Notes under the pieces: model-generated
The model's database searches: none
The model's input: only the letters and a program-made list of their open reading frames with translations
What the model was told of the DNA's origin: nothing
Shown: piece by piece, positions 30,840-41,816 of the stretch
How the letters are laid out: the number at the start of each line of letters is the position of its first letter
How positions within the stretch are numbered: the stretch's first letter is position 1
From: an uncultured Puniceicoccaceae bacterium
GTDB lineage: Bacteria > Verrucomicrobiota > Verrucomicrobiia > Opitutales > Oceanipulchritudinaceae
Assembly: GCA_963933835.1 (NCBI GenBank)
Contig: CAWVVV010000002.1
Coordinates: 224,001-288,000 of the forward strand
DNA: 64,000 bases
Direction: 5' to 3'
Translations under genes and position numbers: made by a program

Positions 30840-32075
30840 GTGTTGAATTCTAAACGTATCGTGGTTGTTGGAGGTGGAGCTGCTGGGATCTTTGCGGCGA
30901 TTACGGCGGCAGAGGCTGATCCTTCTGCAGTGGTCGAGGTGTATGAGCGGGGAAGCAGTTTTCTTTCGAAGGTGAAGATTTCGGGTGGAGGCCGGTGTAA
31001 TGTGACGCATGCGTGCTTTGAGCCGAGGCGACTGGTGCAGAATTATCCTCGGGGCGGGAAGGCCTTGATCGGGCCGTTTCACCGCTTCCAGGTGGAGGAT
31101 ACGGTGGCCTGGTTTGACGCGCATGGAGTCGAGCTGAAGACGGAGAAGGATGGACGAATGTTTCCCGTGACGGATGATTCGCTGACGATCATGGAAGCGC
31201 TGCTGGGGGCGTGCCGTAGTTTAGGCGTAAAGCTCTCAAAAAGCGTTGAGGTGACGGGGGTTGAGCAGCTGGAAGAGGGTGGCTTTCAGCTCAGCTTAGG
31301 CAAAGTGGGCGAGGTGACGCGGTGTGATCGGCTCTTACTTGCGACCGGCGGCCCGACAGGAGGGCGTTTGCAGGATTTGATTATGGGACTCGGGCACAAG
31401 GTGATCGCGCCAGTGCCGTCGTTGTTTACTTTTAACATTGAGCTGGAGTGGCTTCGGACGCTTTCGGGCCTGTCTGTTCCGGACGTGGTGACGGCGGTCG
31501 AGGGATCGAAGCTAAAGGAGCGCGGGCCTGTGCTGATCACCCATTGGGGAGTGAGCGGTCCGGGGATTCTCAAGCTGTCGGCTTGGGGCGCGCGCGAGCT
31601 GCATGCTCGTGGCTATGGCTTTACGCTGGAGCTGGATTGGCTGGCGGGTCTTTCGCGGGGCGATGTGGAGGCTGCGCTGGATGAGCGGCGACAAAAGGCG
31701 CCGGCGAAAATGGTCTCGAATTGGCCACTTCAACCGATTCCGGCGAGGCTTTGGGAACAGTTTCTTGTGCAAGCAGGGATTGCGGGGGAAACGCGTTGGG
31801 CGGAGCTGCCAAAGGCACAGGAGCGGGCGCTGATCGAGATACTCAAGAGCTCGAAGTTGCCTGTTCGCGGCAAGAGCACGAACAAAGAGGAGTTCGTTAC
31901 ATGTGGAGGTGTGTCGTTGGACGAAGTGAATTTCAAGACGATGGAGAGCCGCCTCGTTCCTGGGCTGCACTTCGCTGGAGAGACCCTCGATATTGATGGC
32001 GTAACCGGTGGATTCAACTTTCAGGCGGCGTGGACCACGGGTTGGCTCGCTGGGCATGCAATGGCTGAAGGCTGA
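30840..32075 (+). CDS. HI0933/YhiN-family flavoprotein
   Basis: GGGAAG, KVKISGGGRCNVT, GRMFP, THWGVSGP, VTCGGV, GGFNFQAAWTTG. Confidence 0.95.
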   Translation: MLNSKRIVVVGGGAAGIFAAITAAEADPSAVVEVYERGSSFLSKVKISGGGRCNVTHACFEPRRLVQNYPRGGKALIGPFHRFQVEDTVAWFDAHGVELKTEKDGRMFPVTDDSLTIMEALLGACRSLGVKLSKSVEVTGVEQLEEGGFQLSLGKVGEVTRCDRLLLATGGPTGGRLQDLIMGLGHKVIAPVPSLFTFNIELEWLRTLSGLSVPDVVTAVEGSKLKERGPVLITHWGVSGPGILKLSAWGARELHARGYGFTLELDWLAGLSRGDVEAALDERRQKAPAKMVSNWPLQPIPARLWEQFLVQAGIAGETRWAELPKAQERALIEILKSSKLPVRGKSTNKEEFVTCGGVSLDEVNFKTMESRLVPGLHFAGETLDIDGVTGGFNFQAAWTTGWLAGHAMAEG

Positions 32076-32084
32076 GCCTTTTGC

Positions 32085-32674
32085 TTGCGGCGAATAATGG
32101 GTGCTCCAACCTCAAGGCGGATGTCCAGCTGGCTGCAATTAGGCTTCAATCGGAGAGCGCGTCGTTGCGTTGCTTTCGCAGGGCTTTGCTTCGGCACGCT
32201 TCTTCCGGCGCAGCGGGAACTCACCTTTGAGGCTCTTCTGCAGACAACCCTCACGGCCGCAAATGAGCAGCGCTTTGCTGAGGCCTTAAAAGGTTTTGAG
32301 GAGCTCGAAAAAACATTTGGCCGCGAACCGGAGCAACGTTGGCCAAGGCGCTTGAGCAAGCGCATGGTGAAATGATTCGGCATCGGCTGGTTGTTCAGCG
32401 TTACATCGAGAATACCCCCTCTCCGGAAATGGGGCTGTCGATCATTGATGACACTCAAGACAAGAGGGCGCTCTACTTTGCGCTGAAGTCGGGCCGGACG
32501 CTCTTTCAAGATCGGATCGACTCCGGGCCTTGGGCACCTATTGCCAAACCTAAGCAGGTCTTTAATGGCTGGATGCCAGGTCCGTGGGATCGCTACGCGA
32601 CGGTCTGGCGCTGCCTTTTTGAACCGCCATCAGACGAGTCAGCGAGTACTCGGATGGACTATTTCTTCTGGTAG
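32085..32674 (+). pseudogene. Two overlapping ORF fragments: signal peptide plus TPR-like helix joined out of frame to an unrelated-looking C-terminus
   Basis: ORFs 32085-32375 and 32339-32674; protein-like character switches frame near 32332. Confidence 0.4.
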
Positions 32675-32678
32675 TCGA

Positions 32679-33149
32679 CTAGTTGCAGTCGCCCAGATAA
32701 GTTGTAGGCACGACGATATCATTTTCGGTGAAGAACGGCTTAATCACTGCCGGGAAAAAAGCGATGTTATCGATATTCGCGAGGTCTAGCCAAGCAACCC
32801 CTATTTGTAGATTATCCGTCTCTGAACCTGAGCAAATCGCATGGGGGTCATCGATCTCGCAGCGAAAAACATGCTCGAGTTGGTGAAAGTTTTTATGCCG
32901 CCGATTGAAGTCGTGATTCCTGCCGATGTATTCCCGCGCATACAGGAGCGGTCCGATTTTCACCTCAACACCGACCTCCTCTTTGCACTCGCGCACCAGT
33001 GTTTCGTGAAGGTTCTCACCGTGCTTTTGGCCGCCGCCGGGTAAGATGTAGTAAACGCCCCGCTTATCTTTCATTTTCACAGCCAGTAGCTTGCCGCCGC
33101 AAATGACGATGGCTCGGGCAGCAGTGCGAATGGAGCGGTGGGGTATCAT
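32679..33149 (-). CDS. Nudix hydrolase
   Basis: Nudix box GGGQKHGENLHETLVRECKEEVG. Confidence 0.93.
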   Translation of the reverse strand: MIPHRSIRTAARAIVICGGKLLAVKMKDKRGVYYILPGGGQKHGENLHETLVRECKEEVGVEVKIGPLLYAREYIGRNHDFNRRHKNFHQLEHVFRCEIDDPHAICSGSETDNLQIGVAWLDLANIDNIAFFPAVIKPFFTENDIVVPTTYLGDCN

Positions 33150-33264
33150 ACGGAGTGCTTACAGTTTGAGTCCTTGCGCTGGGCGACAACTTTTTTCCGG
33201 CGAAGATCGAATCAATGTCTTCAGAGGATTGCCGCGAACGGATTTCACCTCTCTTTTTAACCGC

Positions 33265-33837
33265 GTGGCTGAATGGGAAAAACGATGGCAAGCAGGTGAC
33301 ACCGGTTGGGATCATGGCGAACCCTCGCCTCCGCTCTTGGAGTACCTCGCATCCAATTTGATCGATGGGCAGGTGCTTGTCCCCGGTTGTGGCTCCGGTC
33401 ATGATGTGCGAGCGCTGGCTCGCGGCGGCTCAGCTGTTCTAGGATTGGATATTGCGCCGTCCGCTCTCACCAAGGCGCACCGCTTTCCACCTGTGGGCAA
33501 AGAACGCTACGAGCTCGGCAACTGGCTAAAGCCTGACCCTGAGTTAAAAGAGCGCTTCGACTGGGTCGTCGAGCACACCTGCTTCTGTGCGCTCGAACCA
33601 TCTGCCCGCGCAGAATACGTCGCGTCCGTTGATTTTGCCCTGCGGCCGGGCGGTCAATTTCTAGGGATCTTTTACCTCCGACCCAGAGCAGAGAACGGTC
33701 CGCCCTTCGGCGTCAAAGCAACCGAGCTTGATGCGTTTTTCAGCCGTTTTGAACTCAAACGACAATGGACGCCATCAAGAGCCTACCCCGGCCGCGAAGG
33801 CCGCGAGCAGATGCGGGCGTATTACAAGTCGGCTTGA
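33265..33837 (+). CDS. TPMT-family SAM-dependent thiol/halide methyltransferase
   Basis: WEKRW...GWD, LVPGCGSGHD, EHTCFCAL, GPPFG; GTG start inferred. Confidence 0.88.
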   Translation: MAEWEKRWQAGDTGWDHGEPSPPLLEYLASNLIDGQVLVPGCGSGHDVRALARGGSAVLGLDIAPSALTKAHRFPPVGKERYELGNWLKPDPELKERFDWVVEHTCFCALEPSARAEYVASVDFALRPGGQFLGIFYLRPRAENGPPFGVKATELDAFFSRFELKRQWTPSRAYPGREGREQMRAYYKSA

Positions 33838-34685
33838 TCCGTGTCCGGCACTTGTTCGATCCGCACGAGTTCAGCCCAGAATTTACCGACGGCGACGGCG
33901 CTTTCCATTCGAAGCGGGAGTTGTTGATCGTCATCTGAGAACCAGAAGCGGATGGAGGCATCCTTGCTTTTGCGGAAGACGCCACCGAGGTCTTTTATAT
34001 TGGGTTCGAGGAGGATGGCATCGCGGCGCCCGATCTTAAACTTGCGGCGCTTTTTTTCGACGACGTCGACTTCAGTGAGGAACAGTTCTTTTCCGTTGGT
34101 CGTCGGGATGATGAGTTCTTGTCCGATTTCTAGAGGGAGGCTGCGCACGTAGTAGGTGATGCTCATCGGATCCCAGATACTGTCGGTCACAGGGATAGGT
34201 CCGAGGATGTCTCCGCTGCGAAGATTTTCGTAGGTGGCGGTATGATTCTCTGGGTCGAGGTGGATGATGGTGTCGCGCTCCCGTTTGCCTTCACGTTGCT
34301 CAGATTTGTAGGCGAGCGATTGCGACATGTCGGGTAGTATCCAAGTGGTGGACCGATTCCTCACTTTATAAAAGGCATCGGCAAACGAGTTGGTCTTGGC
34401 CTCGAGCTCCATCTTGAGAACAGGAACGCCTTCGTAGGTGTCCTCAGTGAGCGAGAGGACGGCTTCACCAACGTCGAAAAAGCTCCAGCCGATTTTGTAG
34501 ACGAGGCGTTCGCCTACCTTGAGCGGCAGCAGGGTATCGGCAGGGGAATGGGTGATCCTTGCTCGATCCTCGGCGCTCAAGTCCTCGGCCGTGAAAGGCG
34601 CGTCGGGCTCGTTGCCAAAGACAGAGCCTGCCAGCACGAAGGCTAGCAGGCTCAGGAAAAACGGAATTGTTCGACGAGGCGTCAT
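33822..34685 (-). CDS. Secreted DUF3108-like protein
   Basis: Signal peptide, GERLVYKIGWSFFDVGEA, DPMSITYYVR, WFSDDDQQLP. Confidence 0.75.
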   Translation of the reverse strand: MTPRRTIPFFLSLLAFVLAGSVFGNEPDAPFTAEDLSAEDRARITHSPADTLLPLKVGERLVYKIGWSFFDVGEAVLSLTEDTYEGVPVLKMELEAKTNSFADAFYKVRNRSTTWILPDMSQSLAYKSEQREGKRERDTIIHLDPENHTATYENLRSGDILGPIPVTDSIWDPMSITYYVRSLPLEIGQELIIPTTNGKELFLTEVDVVEKKRRKFKIGRRDAILLEPNIKDLGGVFRKSKDASIRFWFSDDDQQLPLRMESAVAVGKFWAELVRIEQVPDTDQADL

Positions 34686-34696
34686 GCCTCTAAGAG

Positions 34697-37231
34697 TTAA
34701 TCAATCTTAACAGCGTTCAAATCCCAAATCTCTTTGGCGTATTCGCTGATTGTCCGATCGGAGGAGAATTTACCGACACGGGCCGAGTTATGGATCGCCA
34801 TTTTAGCCCAGCGCTTCTTGTCGCGGTAGGCCTTGTCGATCGCTTCGTGTGCCTCGACATAGCTCCAGAAATCGGCGAGCAGCATGTAAGGATCACCGCC
34901 CTGTAGGAGGGAGCTCTTGATTGGCAGGAGAGCCTGTGGGTCTTCAGGTGTGAAGAAGGCTGAACCGATCCAGTCAACGATGGCACGAAGCTCTTCGCTC
35001 TTGTAGTATTCGTCGTAGGGATTGTAGCCGACAGCATTGCGTGCTTCGACCTCTTCGACGGTCATGCCAAAGATGAAGATGTTCTCGTCACCGACCTCTT
35101 CTTTGATCTCCACATTGGCGCCGTCGAGGGTGCCAACAGTGAGTGCACCGTTGAGGGCAAACTTCATGTTCCCGGTGCCACTGGCTTCTTTACCTGCGGT
35201 CGAGATTTGCTCGCTCACGTCGGTTGCTGGAATCATGCGCTCAGCAAGTGTAACGCGGTAGTTTGGCAAGAAGACGACTTTGATGCGGTCGCGCACGCGT
35301 GGGTCATTGTTGACCTTAGCGGCCACGGCGTTGATCGCGTGGATGATTTTCTTCGCCAGCCAATAGCCAGGAGCGGCCTTTGCACCAAAGACGAAGACGC
35401 GCGGCACCATGTCCAGATCTGGCTCGTGGAGGATGCGGCGGTAGAGGTAGAGAATGTGCAGCAGGTTCAAGTGCTGACGCTTGTATTCGTGCAAGCGCTT
35501 GATCTGCACATCGAAGATCGCATCCGGGCTGACCGTGACGCCGACTTCATCGAGAATGATTTTAGCGAGGCGAACTTTGTTCTCCCGCTTGATTGCCATG
35601 AAGCGCTTTTGGAAGGCCGCATTGTCAGCGAACTTGTCGAGCTTTTGGAGGCGATCGAGATCGTTCTGCCAGCCATCACCGATCGTCTCGGTGAACAAAT
35701 CAGCGAGTGGTGGGTTACAGGCCAAGAGCCAGCGACGCGGCGTGATGCCGTTGGTCTTGTTCTGGATTTTGCCTGGGTAAAGGTCGTCGAAATCCTTGAA
35801 GAGATTCTCGCGCAGGAGACGGGTGTGCAGGGCAGCGACACCATTCACGGCGCTCGAGCCGACGACACTGAGGTGTGCCATGCGGATCATCTTCGGGTTG
35901 CCTTCCTCGATGAGGGAAAGGGCGGCCTTCTTGCTGTCGTCTCCCGGCCATTTCTTTTCGACCTCGTCTTCGAGGAAACGGCGATTGAGTTCGAAGATAA
36001 CCTGAAGGTGGCGCGGGAGAACCTTTTGGAAGAGAGCGACACTCCACTTCTCGAGCGCTTCGGGCAGGAGCGTGTGGTTGGTGTAGTTGCAGACTTCGCG
36101 GGTGATCTTCCAAGCTTGATCCCATTCGATGCCTTCCTCGTCGACGAGGAGGCGCATGAGTTCGGCAATCGTGATCGCCGGGTGGGTGTCGTTGAGCTGG
36201 AGGACGTTCTTGTCGGCAAATTTGCTCCAGTCTCCGTCGTTTTTTGAGCGCCAGCGGCGGATGATGTCCTGAAGCGAGCAGCTTACGAAGAAGTATTGCT
36301 GAACGAGGCGAAGCTCTTTGCCCGACTCCGAAGAATCATTCGGGTAGAGCACCTTGGAGACGGTCTCAGCAATCGCTTTTTCGCGCACCGCTTCGACATA
36401 GCCACCTTCGTTGAAGACCTGGAGGTCAAAGTCTTCCGAAGCGCTCGATTCCCAGAGGCGAAGGAAGTTAACCGTGCCCGCACCGTAACCACAGATCGGA
36501 ATATCGTAAGGCTGACCAATGATCTCAGTCGTATTGACCCAGGTAGGGCTCGGGTCGCCGACTTTGTTGAAAGTCATTTCGACGTTACCGTAAAGACGGA
36601 CGCGTTGGCAGTATTCTGGGCGAACGATCTGCCATGGACTGCCAAACTTGCGCCAAGCATCCGGGTGCTCGGTTTGCTGACCATCGACGAACTCCTGCTG
36701 GAAAATACCAAACTCGTAGTAGATCCCGTAGCCGATCGCTGGGAGATCAAGCGTCGCGAGCGAATCTAGGAAACAAGCGGCAAGGCGCCCGAGGCCACCA
36801 TTGCCGAGGCCCATGTCTTCTTCTTCTTTGCAGAGCTCGTCGTAATCGAGGTCGAGTTCTTTCAATGCACCGGAGGCAGAATCGAAGAGGCCTGAATTAC
36901 AGATATTGTTCACGAGCATGCGGCCCATGAGGTATTCGAGGCTCAGATAGTAGACGCGACGAACGTTCTCTTCGTGGTGCGTCTCCATCGTTTTGATGAA
37001 GCGCTTGAGCACGCGGTCATGTACCGCACGGCTGAGAGCAATCCACCAGTCACGCTGGGTAGCGGAGGCTCGATCACGGGCGAGGGTGAACTTCAAGTGG
37101 TTGAGGATCGAGTCCTTCATTCCGTCAACCGTATCGGTGACATCAAAGGCGAATCCAGGATGGGTGAGCTTCGTGTCTGCAGCCGGGTTTTTGGCGGCAG
37201 TTTTCTTCCGAGTCGTTTTCTTGGTCGGCAT
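34697..37231 (-). CDS. glgP: Glycogen/starch/alpha-glucan phosphorylase
   Basis: [46 protein letters not shown]. Confidence 0.98.
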   Translation of the reverse strand: MPTKKTTRKKTAAKNPAADTKLTHPGFAFDVTDTVDGMKDSILNHLKFTLARDRASATQRDWWIALSRAVHDRVLKRFIKTMETHHEENVRRVYYLSLEYLMGRMLVNNICNSGLFDSASGALKELDLDYDELCKEEEDMGLGNGGLGRLAACFLDSLATLDLPAIGYGIYYEFGIFQQEFVDGQQTEHPDAWRKFGSPWQIVRPEYCQRVRLYGNVEMTFNKVGDPSPTWVNTTEIIGQPYDIPICGYGAGTVNFLRLWESSASEDFDLQVFNEGGYVEAVREKAIAETVSKVLYPNDSSESGKELRLVQQYFFVSCSLQDIIRRWRSKNDGDWSKFADKNVLQLNDTHPAITIAELMRLLVDEEGIEWDQAWKITREVCNYTNHTLLPEALEKWSVALFQKVLPRHLQVIFELNRRFLEDEVEKKWPGDDSKKAALSLIEEGNPKMIRMAHLSVVGSSAVNGVAALHTRLLRENLFKDFDDLYPGKIQNKTNGITPRRWLLACNPPLADLFTETIGDGWQNDLDRLQKLDKFADNAAFQKRFMAIKRENKVRLAKIILDEVGVTVSPDAIFDVQIKRLHEYKRQHLNLLHILYLYRRILHEPDLDMVPRVFVFGAKAAPGYWLAKKIIHAINAVAAKVNNDPRVRDRIKVVFLPNYRVTLAERMIPATDVSEQISTAGKEASGTGNMKFALNGALTVGTLDGANVEIKEEVGDENIFIFGMTVEEVEARNAVGYNPYDEYYKSEELRAIVDWIGSAFFTPEDPQALLPIKSSLLQGGDPYMLLADFWSYVEAHEAIDKAYRDKKRWAKMAIHNSARVGKFSSDRTISEYAKEIWDLNAVKID

Positions 37232-37455
37232 AATAGAAAAGTCAGATTTGTTTTTTTCGCAGAGCAGTTGGCTCCAGCATTAAAAAGAATCGCACAGATG
37301 AGCCGATCCTTGAGTAAGTTTCAAGAATAGTCGGTCTTTGAGGCCCGTTTTGAATGCATAATTGGGGCCGAATCATTATTTACCCGGTTTTCTTTGGGAT
37401 TATGGCCCAAAAACGGACGCTTCGGCTTACACAAGGCAGAGCCCGCCCAGGATCC

Positions 37456-39261
37456 TCAAAGCCCGAGGCGGCGTTCCCACTCTTTTCTCGAAAGCTCAAA
37501 GAAGGTCGGTCGACCACGTGGGTCGGAGAGGGGTTGCTCACAGCGTAATAGGCGTTGAGCGAGGGCTTCGACGTGCTGAGTGTCCCAGTTTTCACTACGT
37601 TGACTTAGCTTGCGTGCGGCGAGCTGGGCAATCGTTTTGCGGACTGAGTCATCTTCGCTTTGGCGTAGCCCGCGTTCGGCGATCTCGGGGACGAGGTCGC
37701 GCACGAAATCCGTCGCACCTTCGGGGGTAAAAGCCTGAGGGGTAGCGCTGAGCCGGTAGAAGTTCCGACCGAAGGGCTCGATCGTGAACCCCATCGACCT
37801 AAAGAGGCTGAGGTTGCTCTCAAGGGTCTCCGATCTGATCGGATCAAACTCAAGGCTAGCTGGAAAGAGGAGTGTTTGCACTGGCTTATCAGCGCTGTCC
37901 CACTGCTTGAGAAACTCCTCGAAATGGATACGCTCCTGTGCTGCCTGCAGGTTGAGGAGGATGAGGCCCTCGTTGCTCTCGAAGAGCGCGAGTCGCTTTT
38001 GCACGAGGTTGAGAAAGGTCCAGCTGAGGGCTTGTTGTTTTTGTGGCGCTGGTGCGGGAGGCGGTGTTGCTTTTTGCAGCGGTGGTGTGGCTGCGGGCGT
38101 GCTTGCCAGAGAGGGTGCTGGCTTGATCGCTTGAGGCGGCTTGACCGTGGTATTCTGCGCTGGGCGAGATGGAGGCGGTGCGGGGAGGTGAGCGCGCGAT
38201 TGCGTCGAAAGGGGCCGTGCATCGGTGACAGGGACAGCCTGCCGAATGACGTTTTCACTCTCGGCTTTGAGGGTCGCAAGGAGGGCTTCCATGACGGCGC
38301 TGCGGACCTTGGCATCATCGCGAAAGCGCACTTCACGCTTCGTCGGGTGGACGTTTACATCGACGGCATCCGAGGGGAGTTCGATGAAGAGAAAGCAGGC
38401 CGGGTAGCGGCCTTTGGGGATGAAGGTGTGGTAGCTTTCAATCAGCGCATATTGCAAGGTGCGGCTTTCGACCGGGCGCCGATTGACGAACGTGAAAAGC
38501 TCGGCGCGGGTAGAGCGGCCTTTGCCGGGGTGGGCGACCAGACCCGAAACGGCGATGCCGCCGCTCGCTGCATCGGGCTCGAAAGGAGGGAGCGGCGTGA
38601 GGTCAGCGGCGAGTTGTTTGCCGAAGACTTCGCGGACGCGGGTGAGGCTGTCCTTTGCCTGCGCGGCGCGAAAGCGCACTTGGCCATCTTCGAGCAGGGT
38701 GAAGCTGATTTCCGGGTGGGCGACGGCGAAGAGGCGGCAGAGGAGCGTAATGTGCGCTGCTTCAGTACGGTCGGTTTTAAGGAATTTACGCCGCACCGGT
38801 ACACTGTGAAAGAGGCGGGAAACCTCGACTGTTGTGCCAGGCGCGATGCCGCAGGCTTTAGCCTCGGGTGGACGGCTTCCGTCGGTCGTGATTTCGACGC
38901 CTTCCTCTGCGTCGGCCTCGCGGGTGCGGAGGCTGAACCGGCTGACGCTGGCGATACTCGGGAGGGCCTCGCCGCGAAACCCAAAGCTGTTCAGGGTGAG
39001 TAAGTCCGTCGCCTCGCTGAGCTTGCTCGTGGCGTGGCGCTTGAGCGACATGAGGGCATTGGCCTCATCCATTCCGCAGCCATCGTCGGTAACACGGAGG
39101 TAGCTTTTCCCACCGTGTCGGAATTCGATTTCGATGTGATCGGCGCCCGCATCGAGGGCATTCTCGACGAGCTCTTTGACGACGGCAGCAGGGCGCTCGA
39201 CGACTTCGCCGGCTGCAATCTGGTTAGCGACGCGTTCGCTGAGCTGTTGAATCCGAGGCAT
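37456..39261 (-). CDS. mutL: DNA mismatch repair protein MutL
   Basis: IAAGEVVERP, KELVENALDA, GFRGEALPSI, VDVNVHPTKREVRF. Confidence 0.98.
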   Translation of the reverse strand: MPRIQQLSERVANQIAAGEVVERPAAVVKELVENALDAGADHIEIEFRHGGKSYLRVTDDGCGMDEANALMSLKRHATSKLSEATDLLTLNSFGFRGEALPSIASVSRFSLRTREADAEEGVEITTDGSRPPEAKACGIAPGTTVEVSRLFHSVPVRRKFLKTDRTEAAHITLLCRLFAVAHPEISFTLLEDGQVRFRAAQAKDSLTRVREVFGKQLAADLTPLPPFEPDAASGGIAVSGLVAHPGKGRSTRAELFTFVNRRPVESRTLQYALIESYHTFIPKGRYPACFLFIELPSDAVDVNVHPTKREVRFRDDAKVRSAVMEALLATLKAESENVIRQAVPVTDARPLSTQSRAHLPAPPPSRPAQNTTVKPPQAIKPAPSLASTPAATPPLQKATPPPAPAPQKQQALSWTFLNLVQKRLALFESNEGLILLNLQAAQERIHFEEFLKQWDSADKPVQTLLFPASLEFDPIRSETLESNLSLFRSMGFTIEPFGRNFYRLSATPQAFTPEGATDFVRDLVPEIAERGLRQSEDDSVRKTIAQLAARKLSQRSENWDTQHVEALAQRLLRCEQPLSDPRGRPTFFELSRKEWERRLGL

Positions 39262-39320
39262 CGACTAGAAATGTGCAGGGTCTGAGGCGGGGAAGAAAGC
39301 CTGAACTGCTTCGCCGCTCG

Positions 39321-41600
39321 CTATCCGCGTGCGTCTGCGAAAGGCGTGTGGAGGCGGCGGTAGGTGCGGATGAGCGCCTGAACGTCTTCCGGTGTTTTAG
39401 CGCTGCGTAGTTGTTCGCGTACCGAGGGGTCTTTCATCAGCCGGGCGATCTCACCGAGGATGGCGAGGTGCAGCTCCGGTTGATCGGACGGACTGAGGAG
39501 GAGAAAGGCGATGTTGATCGGGTCGCCGTCTTCGGCGTCGAAATCGAGCGGTGGATCAATTTGGGCGATGGCGCAGACGGGGGTTTCAAGGCCGTCGATG
39601 TGTGCGTGCGGAAGGGCGACACCATGACCGAGGGCGCTCGGCACCGCTGCGTCACGTTGGACGATGCGGGCGACGATGTCTTCTTGGCTAAGCTCGGGAA
39701 AGAATGCCGTGAGGGTGTGGGTCAGCTCGTGGAAGAGTTCACTGCGGTCTTGGGCTTTCGAGCGGAAAATCCACTTCGCGTCGAGGGCGGCGAGGAGGTA
39801 GTCAGCCTCGCGCTGGAGATAGAGGGTTTTCGCCTCACTCTTCGCATCCTTGAGTTTCGAATTTTGGCCGGGGTCGATGAGGACTTCTTTTGCGTTAGCG
39901 GTAAGGAGGGCGGCGAGGCCACTGGGGTTGTTCATCCGCTGGCCTTCGAACTCAACCATCGCAGCTTCACCGAGAAGAAGTTCCGAGCTGACCATCGAGG
40001 GCTTTGGCATCCACGCCCAGAGGATGGTTCCTGTAGCGGTTTTGTCGGAGGTTGCATTGGCTGCCCAGCGGTGCACGCGGCCCTTTCCAAAGGTGGGCTC
40101 CCACTTTTTGCACAGAAGTTCGTTGAGGTCTTCGTTATCGGTGAAAGCAAGGAGGCGGCCGATGCCTTGAAGCTCGTCGCGGTCGAGCAAATCGTCGATC
40201 TCTCTCGCGTCACCAAAGATCGCCGTTTCGCCGGTCTCTTTCGCTTCTTTGACGGCGCCGCGGTTGCCGTCGATGAGGACAACGGGCACGCCACGAGTTT
40301 CGCGTAGGAAGCGCGCGACTTCTCGCCCGACGTGGTGGGCACCGACGATGAGCCAGCCCTCGGGCTCTTTCGCGCGGACCTTGAGCAGGCTTGCCAGGGG
40401 CCCAGCACTCAGTCCCTGAAGCACTACTGTGACGGAAATGACGGTGTAGACAAAAGCCTCGAGAAAGGCCGGATCTCCGCTCGCGCTATCTTGCATGCGG
40501 AGGGCAAAAAGAGATGCCATCGAGGCGGCGACAACGCCGCGTGGCGCGAACCAGCCAAGAAAAACACGCTCTTGTATAGAGAGTTCACTGCCGGAGGTGC
40601 AGGCGCTCACAGCCATCGGACGAACGATCAAGATAACGATCGCAACAAGGATGAAGCCCTGGGCTCCGAACTCGGCAAATTGCGCGAGCTCTAGTCGGGC
40701 AGTGAGAAGGAGAAAGACAAAGCCGATGAGCAAATCGACGATAGTGCTCTTAAACTCGACGATCGACTTCAGGTTTGGCGGTTGGCGTGAACCGATGATG
40801 AGACCAGCGACGGTAACGCCGAGCAGTCCACCTTCTGCTACAAAGCTTTCGGTCGTGGCGAAAACAACGACGGCTACGCCGACCATGAAGATGTTCAGCA
40901 TCTCGTCGGAGATTAATTTCCGCTTGAGGAGGAAGCAGGTCAGCTCGCCTCCGATGACTCCGATGACGAGGCCGGAAACGACACGCATTCCGAGGTTGAG
41001 AAGAGCTGCTTCGCCACCACCGATGATGGCCCATTCAAAAGCGAGGACAGCGAGGAAGACTCCGATCGGATCGATCAGGACGCCTTCCCGGTGGAGTGTA
41101 TGGTGGAGGTTCCAGCTCAGTCGGGTCCTTTTCAGGATCGGCTGGATGACGGTCGGGCCGGTGACGATGACGAGGCTACCCGCGAGGAGGCAGAATGAAG
41201 CGTCAAAATCGTAGAGGAGGAAAATGGCGCCAGCGGTGCCAATCCACGTCACGATAACACCGAACGAAAGCAGTCGGCGAATGACGGATCCCGCCGTTCG
41301 ATAGCCATCGAGGTTGAGCGTTAAACCGCCTTCAAAAAGGATCAGTCCGACGGCGAGGGAGACGAGGATGTTGAGGGTTGGGCCGAGCTCCCCCGGCTGA
41401 ATGATATTTATGCCCTCCGGCCCGAGGAGAACGCCGCCAAAGAGGAGTAAAATGATCCCTGGGATGTGGAGCTTCTTCGCGATGATGGTCAGAAAGGCGC
41501 CGCCACCGAGAGCCAGGGCAAGCGTCGTCAGCACGGTGCTCCCGTGAGCGGAGCCACTGGCGAGAAGTGTCAGCGGCGAGAGAGCGTCATCCATTCCCAT
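39321..41600 (-). CDS. CPA1/NhaP-type cation:proton antiporter fused to RCK-N and PTS EIIA domains
   Basis: ILFEGGL, TGPTVI, EGVLIDPIG, APRGVVAAS; LIVGAHHVG; C-terminal ALGHGVALPHA...HLAILGEIA. Confidence 0.88.
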   Translation of the reverse strand: MGMDDALSPLTLLASGSAHGSTVLTTLALALGGGAFLTIIAKKLHIPGIILLLFGGVLLGPEGINIIQPGELGPTLNILVSLAVGLILFEGGLTLNLDGYRTAGSVIRRLLSFGVIVTWIGTAGAIFLLYDFDASFCLLAGSLVIVTGPTVIQPILKRTRLSWNLHHTLHREGVLIDPIGVFLAVLAFEWAIIGGGEAALLNLGMRVVSGLVIGVIGGELTCFLLKRKLISDEMLNIFMVGVAVVVFATTESFVAEGGLLGVTVAGLIIGSRQPPNLKSIVEFKSTIVDLLIGFVFLLLTARLELAQFAEFGAQGFILVAIVILIVRPMAVSACTSGSELSIQERVFLGWFAPRGVVAASMASLFALRMQDSASGDPAFLEAFVYTVISVTVVLQGLSAGPLASLLKVRAKEPEGWLIVGAHHVGREVARFLRETRGVPVVLIDGNRGAVKEAKETGETAIFGDAREIDDLLDRDELQGIGRLLAFTDNEDLNELLCKKWEPTFGKGRVHRWAANATSDKTATGTILWAWMPKPSMVSSELLLGEAAMVEFEGQRMNNPSGLAALLTANAKEVLIDPGQNSKLKDAKSEAKTLYLQREADYLLAALDAKWIFRSKAQDRSELFHELTHTLTAFFPELSQEDIVARIVQRDAAVPSALGHGVALPHAHIDGLETPVCAIAQIDPPLDFDAEDGDPINIAFLLLSPSDQPELHLAILGEIARLMKDPSVREQLRSAKTPEDVQALIRTYRRLHTPFADARG

Positions 41601-41709
41601 AGGCAGTTACCTAGGTCCGGTGCTCAATCCATGGCGAGGGCAAAGGCCGAGAATTTGACGGTAGCCTGATGACGAAATCAAGTGGTGGAGAAGAGACAGC
41701 ATGGCCCTT

Positions 41710-41757
41710 AAAAAAACAAAAATCCCCCGTCTCCAGATGAATTGGAAACGAGGGATC
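41710..41757 (-). terminator. Intrinsic terminator after the crystallin gene pair
   Basis: Imperfect hairpin ATCCC.CGT.TCCA / TGGA.ACG.GGGAT preceded on plus by a long A tract. Confidence 0.6.
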
Positions 41758-41816
41758 GGTTGTTAGGTGTCGTTACGGTTCGGGGGCTTTGGGCCGCCCG
41801 GTTTGGTTAGGAGTTG

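Noticed and set aside
35207..40307. Long antisense ORFs (35207-36247, 37876-39003, 39411-40307; similar ones opposite the atp genes and ABC-F)
   Set aside because: They mirror well-conserved genes, have no recognisable motifs, and are expected from GC-rich codon bias
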